From NCBI GenBank assembly GCA_028534125.1, contig CM052817.1, positions 75,022,001 through 75,086,000 on the forward strand: a stretch of DNA of 64,000 nucleotides. The letters are read 5' to 3'. Positions 25,681 to 38,165 of the stretch are shown piece by piece (positions within the stretch are counted from its first letter, which is position 1; every line of letters starts with the position of its first letter). Source of the DNA: Lama glama (taxonomy: Eukaryota). The position numbers and the translations under genes were made by a program. Under the pieces are notes generated by a model, which was given only the letters and a program-made list of their open reading frames with translations, did no database searches and had not been told where the DNA came from.

Positions 25681-28600
25681 TAAGGAAGCATTTCTACATT
25701 TACTCTTTGTGTGAACTCATGTGCCCAGCTTTCAACTTCCATAAAGTTATGATGGAAAATACATTGCATTAAAGACTATTAATGAGGAGGTTAAATATTT
25801 GAAATCAAGCACAACACAGCTTTATCTGATGGTAGAAGGTCCAAAATGGGGAAAATTCTCTTAATCTGGGGAAAGAGAAGAAGTGTTTTTGTTGCGTGTG
25901 TGCACGTGGTGTGTGTTAGCTTATTAAAAGCTGCCTTCCTATCAAACTCTTTAAATATTGAAAACAATAATTTCTAAGAAGTATGAAAATTGAGTTTGAC
26001 ACAGAAGTTTTTATTCTAGAACTTAACAGAATATTCAGTTTTGTTTTCTCAAAATCTCCTGAGTATATCACACCAAATTAAGTTCTCAAGCATTCAAGCA
26101 CAATCTTTTTTAACTCCTTCATTTCTTCTCAAGTTTCCTTAATTCCAATTACTTAATCATGATTATCACTTCATATTTATAAAGTATCAAATATATCTCC
26201 TGAAAAAATATTTTTAAGGTGGTCTATAGATGCTAATTTCCTCAGTGAGTCAGTTTAAAGCCAAAATTTAGTTTGTCTTATGTAGGCTGTTTTATCATAG
26301 TCTGTCATGGCCTGAATTATATGGATATTTTGACTACAGAGAAATTATAAGATGGCAAAGGAAATGAATAGATCAGTTTATATCTGCAAACATTTTCACC
26401 AGTAGGAATGAATAACGTGTTACTATTCACATTTTTAAAAATCTATTTGTTTTGAAATGCTCAAAGCCATTGATAGGTTTGGATTTCGTCATCAGACTGT
26501 TTTGGCTTTGGGGAAAATCTGTTATCAATTCAATATGATTCTAAAAGAAATTTTAGACTTGTCAACTCTAGAATGTGATAGCATTCCTTAGAAAACTGAG
26601 ATAAAGAAAGCTTGGAAATAAGACTGTATTTATAAAAGTTCTGTACTGCAATTGATACTTCTGATGTCTAAAGTTTGCTCAAAATAACTAAAAAAAAAGT
26701 CCATTTGACACTCCCTGTAACAGTATAGCTGAAAATTTCCTGAAGTGTTAAAGAAAAGGTTGACTAAATGTTATTCCTGGATGGCTGAAGGCAGCAGCAT
26801 TATGTCTGCCACCCGACCCACTTCTCTCACTTCATAAACTTAAAATAAATTCACAGACAACATGGTTTCCCTTTTTCCTAGTTATTTGGAATACATAATG
26901 GATGAGAGTAGCTTTCTCTTTTGTTGTCTAGCTTCACAAGACATACACTACCTCAGTTTTAGCATGTCTACTTCTGTAAATTTTGCTAGGCCAGTTACTT
27001 TCAGAAAACCTTCACACTTCTTTTGGGCTTGTATCCATGTGTGGCATTTCTGACCACTCTGTCATCTCCAAGGTAATGGTTAGGCGATGCAGCTCATCTT
27101 TGTCTCTTTCTGCTCCTAAGTATAAACTGTATTTTAGAAGTTTCAGCTATGCTATTTAAATTTTTCTAAATTAGAGCAACCTTTAATAAAGAAGAAAACT
27201 TCGCTATTTTAAAATTGTATTCTATTCAGAAAAGATATGTGTTCCTTAAATATCCCACAGTTTGTACTAGAGAGAAAAAAAGTACAACTTCAGGTCAGAC
27301 TTTAAACATAATGCGTTATCAATGAATTTCAGCCTGTAAAGAATTAGCCTTCTGGGTGCACTGCTTCTCTGCCTTGGCTTCCAGCCAGGACTGATATTCT
27401 AGCTTTATTTTATAAGTTTCCCCAGCTGCTTCCCAAATCTGGGAATCTTCTAACACCAGCTAGAATCTTCTGGTTTGAACAAAGCATGCTAAAACGCGTC
27501 TCTGTTTTTCTCCCTGAGTAGTTACTACTACACGAGGCACAGAAAGTTTGATCTTTGGATTTTATTCTCAGTGGTACATTTCCCGCTCAAACAGAATGTG
27601 CTAGAGGATCATATAAATGTTAGAAGGTACAAATATTTTACTGAGTTAGAAGCATTTATTCCCATCTTTAAGAAATAAGGCTAGCATTTGGATTTGAATT
27701 AAGAAACTACACTCACTTAAGAATGATTTTTTTTGGGGGGGGAGCAGAATAGGTACAATAGTTTTAATACTCAGATAAAATATGAATGATTGTCCTTTTT
27801 TGAGTTGAATACATACATAAACATGCATTTTGATTTTGGTTATCAAATATAGAAATTCCTAATTAGGATTTTTATGTATTTATATATAAAATAGTCTCCA
27901 TTTACTTTCTTTTGGTATTTAAGGAAAATCACTTAAATGGACACATTTCTCAGATAATAACTTCAGTTGACAAAATGCAACTTGTATACACTGGCAAGTT
28001 TATAGAAAGTAAATACTAAAAATCCTTATGAAGTTTTCTCTCTTTTTTATTTAAGAATGATGCCTGAGTTTCTGAATTGCATTTATAGCTTCCCTCTAAG
28101 AGTGAATTTCATGTTATAGTTAATAAGTCATACATATTATTATTTTTTCAAAGGATTTTCTAAGCATCAATCTTAGTGCTGACCAACTGTCATTAAGATA
28201 GAGTTTAAAGGAAAGAAAAAAGATAATTTCGTTTAGTGTTCAGTTTCCAAAAATCTTCTCCATTAGCTTATCATGAGCCTTCTATCAAGGTAGGTGCTGT
28301 GTGATATTGATCATTGTAAGATGAATATTCACAGGATTCCTTACTATAAAAATATCAATGATCTCAGCAGGTGTTAAATTTTCATTTTTGCACTGAGATA
28401 AATGTAACTGGTGAATATATTTTGCCTATTAATCATTCTTTTTTTTATAAATTCCAGTTTAAGACTTAGACTGTTTTAGTCAGTGGACCTTACATTCTTG
28501 ACATACAGTTAGTTGTTTCATGAAAAACCATGACCAACACAGCACCTACCTGGCATCAGGATGTAGCTAACTGGAATATTTTAATTGAAGAAATTAAAAT

Positions 28601-29858
28601 TATTCTTTTGATATAAAAAAAGGCCTTTTAAGTCTTTGTGGGAAAAAATTATTGCCTCCTAGTTTTGAAGATAGTCAACCAATTACAGCAACTTCTGTTT
28701 TCATCTATTTCCATGTGTGGCAACAAACTCACAGGATTTGAACCATGAAGTTGGTGAGAAAGCGCATAACTAAAATCGTTAAGAAAACACATCAATATCT
28801 TTGTGTGCAATTTCCTTCAAACATTTACGATCTTCAGTTGATGAAAATATTCTGATAGACACCGTGAAAGCAAGAAAAGCTGAGTTTTAAAAAAACATAA
28901 TAAACTATAAACTACTGAAACTTTTTCAGAGCTATAGTAGAACTCACAGTATAACCTATTATAATGAACAAAATATATCATCACTTGAAAGTACTCTTGA
29001 TAGTAACTGAAAAATACAGCATCTTATTAATCAGGACAAATTACAAGGAAAATACAGCTTTAAAGTCCCCTCCCCCCCTTTTTTTTCCAGCTTTCTCTAT
29101 CAGAGGTATTGGAAGAGCTGAATGAAAACCATATTTGAATAACATTTCTTATTTTCCAACTTATTCTATTCATGAGGAATTTGGAAGTACTTACAGGTAT
29201 AACACACAGCTGTTTTTGTCTTCCTGGGAATCTGTGCTTAGGGCTTATAGCATATATTGTTCTAAAAATTTATTTTTCTTTCCTAATAGGACCTAGTAGG
29301 AAAGCATCTATTTTTTTAACAGCAATTTATGACTGTATCATACGATTTCAAATGTCTGTGACAGCTGTTTCTCCAAAGCAGACCATTAGGACAGAGCGTG
29401 GCTATAAATCTCAGGTCCCAAAGAGAGAAGTTTCCATCTCTAGTAATTTGAATGCCATGTTATCAGTAACACTTCTCAGGCAAACATTTATAACCCACAG
29501 TTTTGCTGTTGAGTTTGGAATGTCGGCATTTTCAATACAAAAAGGCTAAAACTGTTATCAAGTGAGGTGTTTATTATGCAAATGTTGCAGCAACAGTTTA
29601 CAAATATTTCAAGTTCTTTTTTTTTAAGGCAGGACTGTATTTTCCATTTACAGTGCAAATATAACTTCTACAAAGCGTAATGACAAGTAAGCACACGTAT
29701 GCTGAAAACGGACACCACATTTGATTTAAAAAATACCTTCTTCTACATAAATCTTTCACAAATAAAACTTTATTGTGTTCAACTTGTTTACATAGCTAAG
29801 CAGCATATATTCATTTAATGTATATACCTTAGTTTCAGCAAATTAAGCAATAACTTAC

Positions 29859-30300
29859 CTAGAGAAGCATTTCAATTTTTTTTTTCTTTTCCTAACTTGA
29901 ATTTATCCCAAGTTAGAAAATGAGATATCCGGTATTCAGATTCACTTGACTCCAGGTTAATTAGAAGGAGCTTTCCGTTCGTGCAATCTGCCTTAATATT
30001 CCGAGCTCACTCTTTAGCTCCAGTCCTAGTATCTCAACTCTTCCAGCAGAGTCTCTTTTTATTTATACCCACATTGTCCTTTTCAAAACAAGCAGCCAGC
30101 TGGAATGATTCAAACCTCTGTTCAGCACACCGTTAAAATGCAGCTTCCTTCTTGGACACGAGAATTACACCAGGGAGCGGACCGAGTACAGAAAAAGGCT
30201 ATGAGAACTATTTAATCACCGGAATACCAGCTGCTCCTGCTCTGCTGCTGCTGCTGCTGCTGCTGTGCTCCTTGTTTAGCTGCGGTCGGTCTTTCCCTCC
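29859..30300 (-). other. Putative non-coding first exon (5' UTR) of an unidentified minus-strand gene
   Basis: Ends at a perfect donor TAG|GTAAGT (GTAAGT = 29858-29853). Locally elevated GC and retained CpGs. No long ATG ORF. Promoter motifs lie immediately 5'. The 5' boundary is a guess. Confidence 0.65.
30242..30265. repeat. (CTG)8 / (CAG)8 trinucleotide repeat
   Basis: Eight perfect units, seen directly. Confidence 0.95.
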
Positions 30301-30520
30301 CTCCCTCTTTCTCTCACATCTCCAGAACTATAAAGGCAGCTCTGCCCGATTATGATTGGCAGAAACAGCCAATTCCTTCAGCTAATCATCCTCAAGACTT
30401 TCAAGGACCTGGAGCTCTTGTGATGTCATCCAGTCAGTGGGATGTTACACATGAATACATTCCAACAGAAGCTAATTCAGCGATCAGCTGCATTCCTCTC
30501 ACACCACGGTGATTGATTAG
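30300..30520 (-). promoter_or_regulatory. Putative Pol II core/proximal promoter (non-CpG-island type)
   Basis: TATA-like TATAAAG 30329-30335, ATTGG 30355-30359, CCAAT 30369-30373, CRE/ATF-like TGATGTCA 30421-30428, E-box CAGCTG 30485-30490, PBX-type TGATTGAT 30510-30517. All cluster upstream of the donor-terminated exon. Confidence 0.55.
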
Positions 30521-33500
30521 ATGCTCCTTGAGGATTTGCATAATCTTTCATTGTACAGTTGGACTATTTCCTATGAAATTCGAGAGTAAAATTCCACTTT
30601 GCAGCTATGACACTATACTGAAAGATTCTCTTGTGTGAAAAAAGAAAAGTTGATGGCAAGGTTTTCTCCAGTAAATACGTGCCAGTCAAACCCATGAGTT
30701 ATGAACTCAACAAAATCCAAAGATGAGCCATAGGAAACTTGGAGAAATATTAGTGACCTACACACTCCTGAAATTAATAATAATATTTTAGATCATAATA
30801 AATGTAGGAAGAAAAACAAAATGAGTAGTCATGTGTGTGTTTAGTGTATAAATGGTTTCATTAATTGAGGCAGATTACTGGATTATTATGGAAAAGTCCT
30901 CTTCTCCTCCCAGGATGGACAAAAGTTAATTGTCCCATGTCTCATTTTCTCCTCAGCAGTACAGGATGAAAATTATCTGCTTTTTGCTCTCTTCTAACTC
31001 ATATTAACTCACAAAGATTTTATAAATTGCATTTAATTACATTATGTAAAATTCTTTGAAACCTTTATTCAGATAAGTACAAGATGAAAGCAAAGGTATC
31101 AAGTGTATCCCCTCATTCCAGGGTATCTGATTCCCTGGGCTTTTCTTGCTTTTGAATCTTCTTTAGCCTCCACCATTTAATTTAATGAGATAAAATGTGT
31201 TTATGACAATTTGACCCAAGACCCCTTATAGGCTAAAGAACAGAGCTGCAAACTTTCCTCAAACCCAGAGTTCTTTTCTGGTATTTTTGTGTCTTTGGTG
31301 AGAAAAAGTTCTGCTTGAGTTGCTGGGGTGGTGTCAGTGACCCTTTCAGTATGCTGCAGGTGGAGGAGGTTATCCTTCAAAGCAAAGGATTTATTGATGA
31401 TGTGCTCTTTGGGTGAATAATTTTAAGGCACTCAGTCTTACTAGTGCTATTGTGCTGCACAAAGTTTTGAGGTTAAGCAATCTGTAGGCATATGCTAAGT
31501 AGAGGCTAGAAAAAAAATCTAGTAAATTATAATGAATATCTACCAGTTATTTCATAACCTAACAACACTATCACTACTAAATTGTGGATCATGTGTCAGT
31601 TATTTTTTTTCAGGTGCAAAAGCTAAAAGTTGCTAAAGGAAAACTTTGTATTTTGAAACCCCTCAGAGAAGAGTCAAAGAACTACTTACTACCTTTAAAG
31701 AATCTTCAGAAGGCAAAGATGTATTTGAAGATTAAGTCAGGATTTCCACAGTGATTCACATCAAAATTCAAAATGGATAAATAAATTGCAGTTAAATACT
31801 TTAATGATAGCTTAATAAAATAATTATTATTAGGCCAGCATTATGCCAAACACTAACTACTGAGAGGTAAAATAAAATAAATTTAAAAAATGCACTGAAG
31901 ATTTTTCATTTTATGTAAGTACCCATATGAATGTCTTTTTATTTACTCAAGTTTAGTCATCATTTCTGCCTTACAAATACAAAATGAAAATAAACATAAA
32001 CATTTTAAAATTACTAAAGTTCTTTATCCTATTGACATATTTATATCCTTAGCATTGGTGATAACCATAGCTGTTATGAACTGATTACAAGTGAAAGTTG
32101 TTGGTAGGTTTTTTTATCCAATATTAGTCTATAAACAATGCTTGTAGCTAAAGCAACAGCATTATCATTTGGAGTGTAATAAATAATAAGTGAAACCACT
32201 TTGACAATGTAAGTGTTATATACAACATTAATGGAAGATATTAACACAAAGTATTTTAAATTATCTGTTAAACACAAACTTCAAAATAAAAAAACCCCAA
32301 GTTTCTGAGATCAACTTCCTAGCAGGAAAAGAAAAAAAAAGCAATTTACTGTTCATTTCTCATTCAGAAATAAAGTCTCGGGGACAGAGAGTCCTACCAG
32401 ATATACCATGTATAAATGATGGAAACCAACTAAAAAGTGCTTTCTTTGCTACTCCTGGGGAAAGTTGGAGAAATTCATAGTGTCCATATTAAACAGTACA
32501 AATAAAATAATCCCCAAAATACCTTGAATATTTATCTTATAATTTCCTTTGTATATTGTATTTTTATTAAATAATTTACGTGAAAATTTTAATATTTATT
32601 ATTTTAAAATCTGTTATGTTGGGGAAATTAAATGATCTTGAGTGTTGGAAAGAAGGAATGTGATATGCAAGAGGAGACAGGGAAGAATTATTTTCTCAAA
32701 GTGTTTTTTAATCAGTCAACTTGTGCTCCACGATTATAGGCCTTCCACTTAAGTTAGTTATAGCATCTATCCAGTTAACTTGTAATAATACACATTATGC
32801 AAAGCATTTGCCCACCTGCTCATAGTTGAATTCTATTATTTTTTGATATCCTACAAAGTACAGTATAATTTTTTCTTTATCTATTTAGACATAGGTCCAG
32901 GTCCTGAGATATATACTAAGCCCTTAATGGATCTTTATTAAGTCGAATTGAATTTGTTGAACAAATAAAGTTTTGGTACTCTATATATTTTTATTCAATT
33001 GCTAACAAAAACTCTTTTAAAAGAAGAATGAGTTTCCTAGAAAATTCAAAAAATGAATCATATGCATGGTTTTGAAATTATAAAAAATAAAACTTTGAAA
33101 ATAGTCCATAATACACATTTAAAATGTATACAGAGCATAGAAAGAATATATCAGTGCTTATTTATTCAGTAGAGGAAACAGGAAACAAAACCAAGACATA
33201 TTTATTAAAGAAGAAACCCACTGTTTGGTTTATGTGTCAATTCATTTTTATTTGGTAAAAGTCAGAGGGTAAGTATATCTACTAACAGAAATAACAGAAG
33301 AATTCAGAATAATTCAGCAAACTTAACAAGTGCTAAAATTTCCATTCATTATTTTTTTCTCATTAACTACTTTTTTGTTAATTATTATTAAAGGCAAGTT
33401 TTAAATCTATGCATGTACAATAAACAGAAATTTGCAAAGAAAATGCCAAAGAAATATTTACAAGTGCCTTGTCATTTCTAATTTTAAAACCTTTCACATG

Positions 33501-35329
33501 CATGTACAGATTATAAATATTATAGTTTTAAATATGTATTTTTATTTTTCTAAGTTTCATTTCTCTTCCTTAATTCTACCATAAAAATGACAGTTTTGAA
33601 TATGTACAATTTAAATACTAATTTATTTTACAGTTTAAACTACTAAAGCTCATGCGTGCAGGATTCTTTTACCATGGTGCCACTTTCTTTCCCCTTTCCT
33701 TATAAAGATTTTTTTTTTAATCATAAGCAACTTTCCAGTTGTCCCAAGTAACATAGAAAGGCTCTAACTCTTTTTTAAAGGAAAAAGCATGAATAAGAGA
33801 AACTGCTATGTTCAAAGTTAATGCCTTGAGGGGAAAAGCCTCTAATTGGGCTGTGGGTGACTAGTACAAAAACTTTTTTTTTCAAAGGAAAAAAAAAAAA
33901 CTTCTGCTAGTAATTACTTAGAGAAAAAAAAATGTGAGAAAGAGCATAAAGTCAGTTTAGCTCCACTGGAATCATATAAATGGTGAGAAAAATTAGTGAC
34001 ATGTATCATTAATTATATAATAAGCACTCCAGTCACAGACTTAAATGTTACCTTATTATACATCTGGATCTCTTGTTAGCAAGTTATTGAGAGAGGGGCA
34101 AATGGGAACCACAGGTTGGATGAAAGGATCTTCTTGTAGTGCATTGTTTTAGCAAGAGAGAGATCAGCATGTTAAGGCTTCAAATAAATCCTTTGAAGAC
34201 GCAAAGTTTGAAAGGCCAACAAACAGACTAAACAGACCAATTCCAGTTTGACTGACAACTCCCTAAAGGAACATGATTTTTAATAAATAGCAGATGTTGG
34301 CCAAGGCATTATTGAATCACAAAAATCTTTGTTGTATAGCAAAGTGTGAGGGGAGGGAGGACACTAGAAATTCAATTTATGATTATTCCATGGTCTGATC
34401 CCTGTTATGAGAATTTCCCTTTTTGAAGCTAAATAAAAGTGGTTAGAGTTCATAAAGTACATTAATTAGGTCACATCTCCATTGGGAATCTCTTACCCAA
34501 GGAGAATCTTTAAATACTGCAAAGTGCTTCAGTGTGAATGGGGTATCTACCATAGGGAGTTTCATTTTGCTTCTTCATTTCTTTCTTCTCTTTGTAATGT
34601 GTTTGCCAAAATTTCATTATGGTTTAATGGCAACTTTCCTTTTGAAATAGGCCTTACAAGTCAAGTCATTTTATATCCTGTAATTTAAAGTCTGAAGTGC
34701 TCAAAATGAGAAACCTACTTGTGGGCCAGAATCCTAGCATCACGAGGATAAATTTGTAAAAACTCTTTTGTCCTAAAGGGTATTTTGTTTCATCTGTTAG
34801 CAAATTCCTTTTATCTTAGGTATCTCAATATCTGTTTTCTGTCTGTTCCAGTCCTTTGGGGAAAGGCATCTCATTTATGAGCTCCTCCTGCTAATGTTCT
34901 GATCAGCATGGGAAATCTTAGTGTTTCACCAAGACTTCCTAAATCAGTTTCTGTCCTGTTAGCTCCAATGCCTCACTCTAAATTACCATCACTTTGGGAT
35001 AATTCACCAGACCGTCTCACTCCTTCTCCTATTTGGTTTCAGTATAGTGGTGTGTGTGTTGGGGGCAGGGATTGAGAGGGTGAGTTGTGAGCAATGGTAT
35101 AAGCATATGACGTTTGAAAGCTAGCCAGCCATGGTTGAAAGTCTCCCTTATGCTTGAGAGGTGATACAAATAAACATATGAGATATATGACCAGGGTCAG
35201 CTTGTACTCCTCCTATAAGCCCAGTGGTGCCTTCTGTAACCAGCTAGTAGTTAGGTATCCAGCACTATATTGCTATCATTACCTTTCTTAGAGAACCACA
35301 CTAATTTTGAGTCTCCAGTCATAGTCCAA

Positions 35330-35489
35330 ACAATGAAGTCTTTGCTTTTTGAGAACAGAAATCATCTCCTCCCCGTCTCCTCTTTTTTGAAAGTTATATA
35401 CTCAACACTTGGAGCAGTGTCATGGCATAAAGTAGATATTTGTACTTTCTTTAAAAATTAAACTTATGAATGAATGAATGAATGAATGG
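35330..35489 (+). mobile_element. L2 3' end with (TGAA)n tail
   Basis: 'gcagtgtcatggcataaagtagatatt...tgaatgaatgaatgaatgaatg'. Confidence 0.6.
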
Positions 35490-35638
35490 TGGCAACTTAG
35501 GGTTAGGAAATGGGGAGAAAGGTGCACTAACATTTATATACAAATATATTTTCAATGAAATCGTTGCACCAGTTCTGTGTTCCACAAATAGATGCAACAA
35601 CTCAATTCAAAATGAAGTCACAAAAAGGAGTTATAAAG

Positions 35639-35817
35639 TGGGGGGAGTATAGCTCAAGTGGTAGAGCATATGCTTAGAAAGCATGAGGTCCTGGGTTCAA
35701 TCCCCAGTACCTCCTTTCAAAATAAAAAAAGAAAAGTAAATAAACAAATAAATCTAATTACCTCCCCTCCCCAACACACACAAAAAAAATTAAAAAACAA
35801 AAAACAACAAAAAAACC
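35639..35817 (+). mobile_element. tRNA-derived camelid SINE (Vic-1-like)
   Basis: A box 'tagctcaagtggt', B box 'gggttcaatccc', body 'aaataaatctaattacctcccc', A-rich tail. 17-bp TSD with 2 mismatches: aaaaaggagttataaag 35622-35638 and aaagaggcgttataaag 35818-35834. Confidence 0.9.
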
Positions 35818-37984
35818 AAAGAGGCGTTATAAAGCAATTTTCCCCATGGATAATAAAACCCAGATTAGTTTTCCTTTTTAGAACCCATGTCATTTAAATC
35901 TCTCTATTATTAATTACAAATAGAAAGATATTAGTAAGGATAAAGTCTTTATTTCTTCTTTAAATACTTTATATATAATTTGACTTGTATTTACAGAATC
36001 AAAGGAATGACACTGTAATTTATAAATGCTCCATCATATAATATGATTTGTCTATCTTTTATAAGTATCATTTTATTTTCAGGCTTTAATTGATATTTCC
36101 CCTTTCTGAATAGAAATTATCATTCATGAAATGACTATAAATTAACTGGAGTCAATAAATAGAGTACTCTGAAGATGAGACTATTTTACCAAAAGAAGAC
36201 AAAACAAATAATTGAATGCAATATAAAATAAATAAATTAAATAAAGTAAAATGAATTCTGTAGTGAATAAAGTAAAATGATACTGTAAACACACTACCTA
36301 ATGAAGGAATGATAAATTTGTTTGCTGGCTTAGCTGTCTGTATCTATTAGAAGTTGAGAAAAAAAGCAGTAATGAAATTTAGAGGGGAAAGAAAAAGCAT
36401 GTGATGAGCACAGAAGTGTATCAAAAAATATACTTACCACTCTACTAAAATCTTCAATATTTTAGGTTCCCATAGAGGGCAATATTGTATAAAAGATGGT
36501 GAACCAAGAATCTGCCAATTCATCTTTGTTGATGTGCTTTAAAGAAAACTGCTGTTACCATAAATTTGGTGCTGTTCTTCCCCTCAAACTCTGACTGATA
36601 GATAAAATGACGCACACAGAAACACAGAGCAGAGACTCACCAAGAGCAAAGAAAATTAATTTGATATCCTACTTAATGGTAGATTACTTGAGTGAATAGC
36701 CTCCAGTTTCACCGATAACTGGACTCAATCACCGAATCTCAGATAGTAGATTGCATTCTGTCATATAACTACCATACATATGGGATTATTTAGTCTAGTA
36801 GAAATATTAATGGAATAGTGCCTTTATCAATGCCTGAAAGGTGAAAGGTGATCTAAAAATAAGAAAGCCATGTAAATATTTCAAGTCTAGCATCACTGAA
36901 TCACAAAATCTCTATTCAGTAAAAGGGTGTTGCATGAGTGAGACCTGGGTGACGTGCGGGAAGGACAGTAGAAATTAACCAGGGACAAAGCCATAGCACA
37001 GGGAAAAGGCATTAGAGAATGGAATTTTATACTTAGCTATAGATCCTCAAGTTATTTCTGTCACCAAATATGCATGCACTCACTTTCCCACCTCTCCTAT
37101 AACTTGAAACATAGTTGCTTCACCAGAAGTCCCTTCCTCTCCAAAAGACTAAATATAACTAACTACAATTTGAAGCATTTATTCTCAAATGACCTTTATA
37201 GTAACTGCTAATTTGTATTGAGATTATGCTGACAGTAGTAAAGGAAGGACATTGTGCATGTATAATACAGTTAAATCTCTGTATTACTTTGAATACCCAA
37301 TTATCTGTAGATTTCAATGCATGTGGTGATATGGAGCCCATGGATGATGGGGCATGCTCTAATGGTCTATCAGATATGCCTCAGATGCAATTCTGAAGGA
37401 GAGATGACTTTGTAACTTTCCCTTGCTATATGATGTCCTTTCCAAGATTATTATGATGATTATCATATAGCAAATATTTCAAGGCTAACATAAATGAACT
37501 AAAATGAATAAAACTATAAGTCAGATTTTTAGTCCCTGAGTCATAAGAAATAGAAAACTAGACTTTTTATTTAGGATATTGCCTTCTACATGAAGGTCAA
37601 ACTAAAGTAAAATAAATTGTTTAGTTTAAATTGAATCCTTAAAGTTCATTACTTATCAAGTACAATTCCTCAAGTCTAAATAACTAATATTTCCCAATCT
37701 GCCAAACTAACTAAGGGGTGTGTGTGTTTGCAATTAAGCAAAAGCTGTATTTGAAGCAATCTAGTTTATATTCTTATCTCAGATTTCCAGATTATCCTGG
37801 ATGGAGTTATTCCTCCAGCATGAACCACTCTTCCATGTCTACTGTTAGGGTGATGCAGGGAAACAAGCTGTTTGTTAAATTTAATGTTCCCTGTCATTGC
37901 TGTCAGCAGAAGTTTGTTTCAATATGCTTGCTTTCATAATACATTCAATGCCAAAATTACGTTATCTCCAAATCATTTTTAAAA

Positions 37985-38165
37985 GTACTTTAGAGTTTAC
38001 AAAAGATGTTCCCATAGACTGTTTTGAGTCTCACAATGATTCCATGATTAATGTGGAATTGTGAACATTGTACAGGTTAAAATACTGAGACCCAAAACAG
38101 CAAATCTGGAATCTACAAGAGGACACAGTGACTTCCAGCCCTGTCATCTCTACACTATACCAAAG
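37985..38165 (-). mobile_element. MIR/MIR3 fragment
   Basis: 'tttagagtttacaaaag...gagtctcacaatgattcc...tgtacaggttaaaatactgagaccca'. Confidence 0.5.

Noticed and set aside
25455..25772. 105-aa K/E/G/R-rich ORF
   Set aside because: Translation of a GA low-complexity tract, which lacks stops by composition.
29859..30300. Assigning a gene symbol to the first exon
   Set aside because: I could not match the UTR to any gene with confidence. A BLAST search is required.
30152..30355. Plus-strand ORF with a poly-Leu, signal-peptide-like stretch
   Set aside because: Starts at TTG, and the Leu run is just the CTG repeat. Splice evidence favours the minus strand.
35641..35713. tRNA gene
   Set aside because: The tRNA-like head continues into a SINE body and A-tail and is flanked by a TSD. 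It is a SINE, not a tRNA gene.
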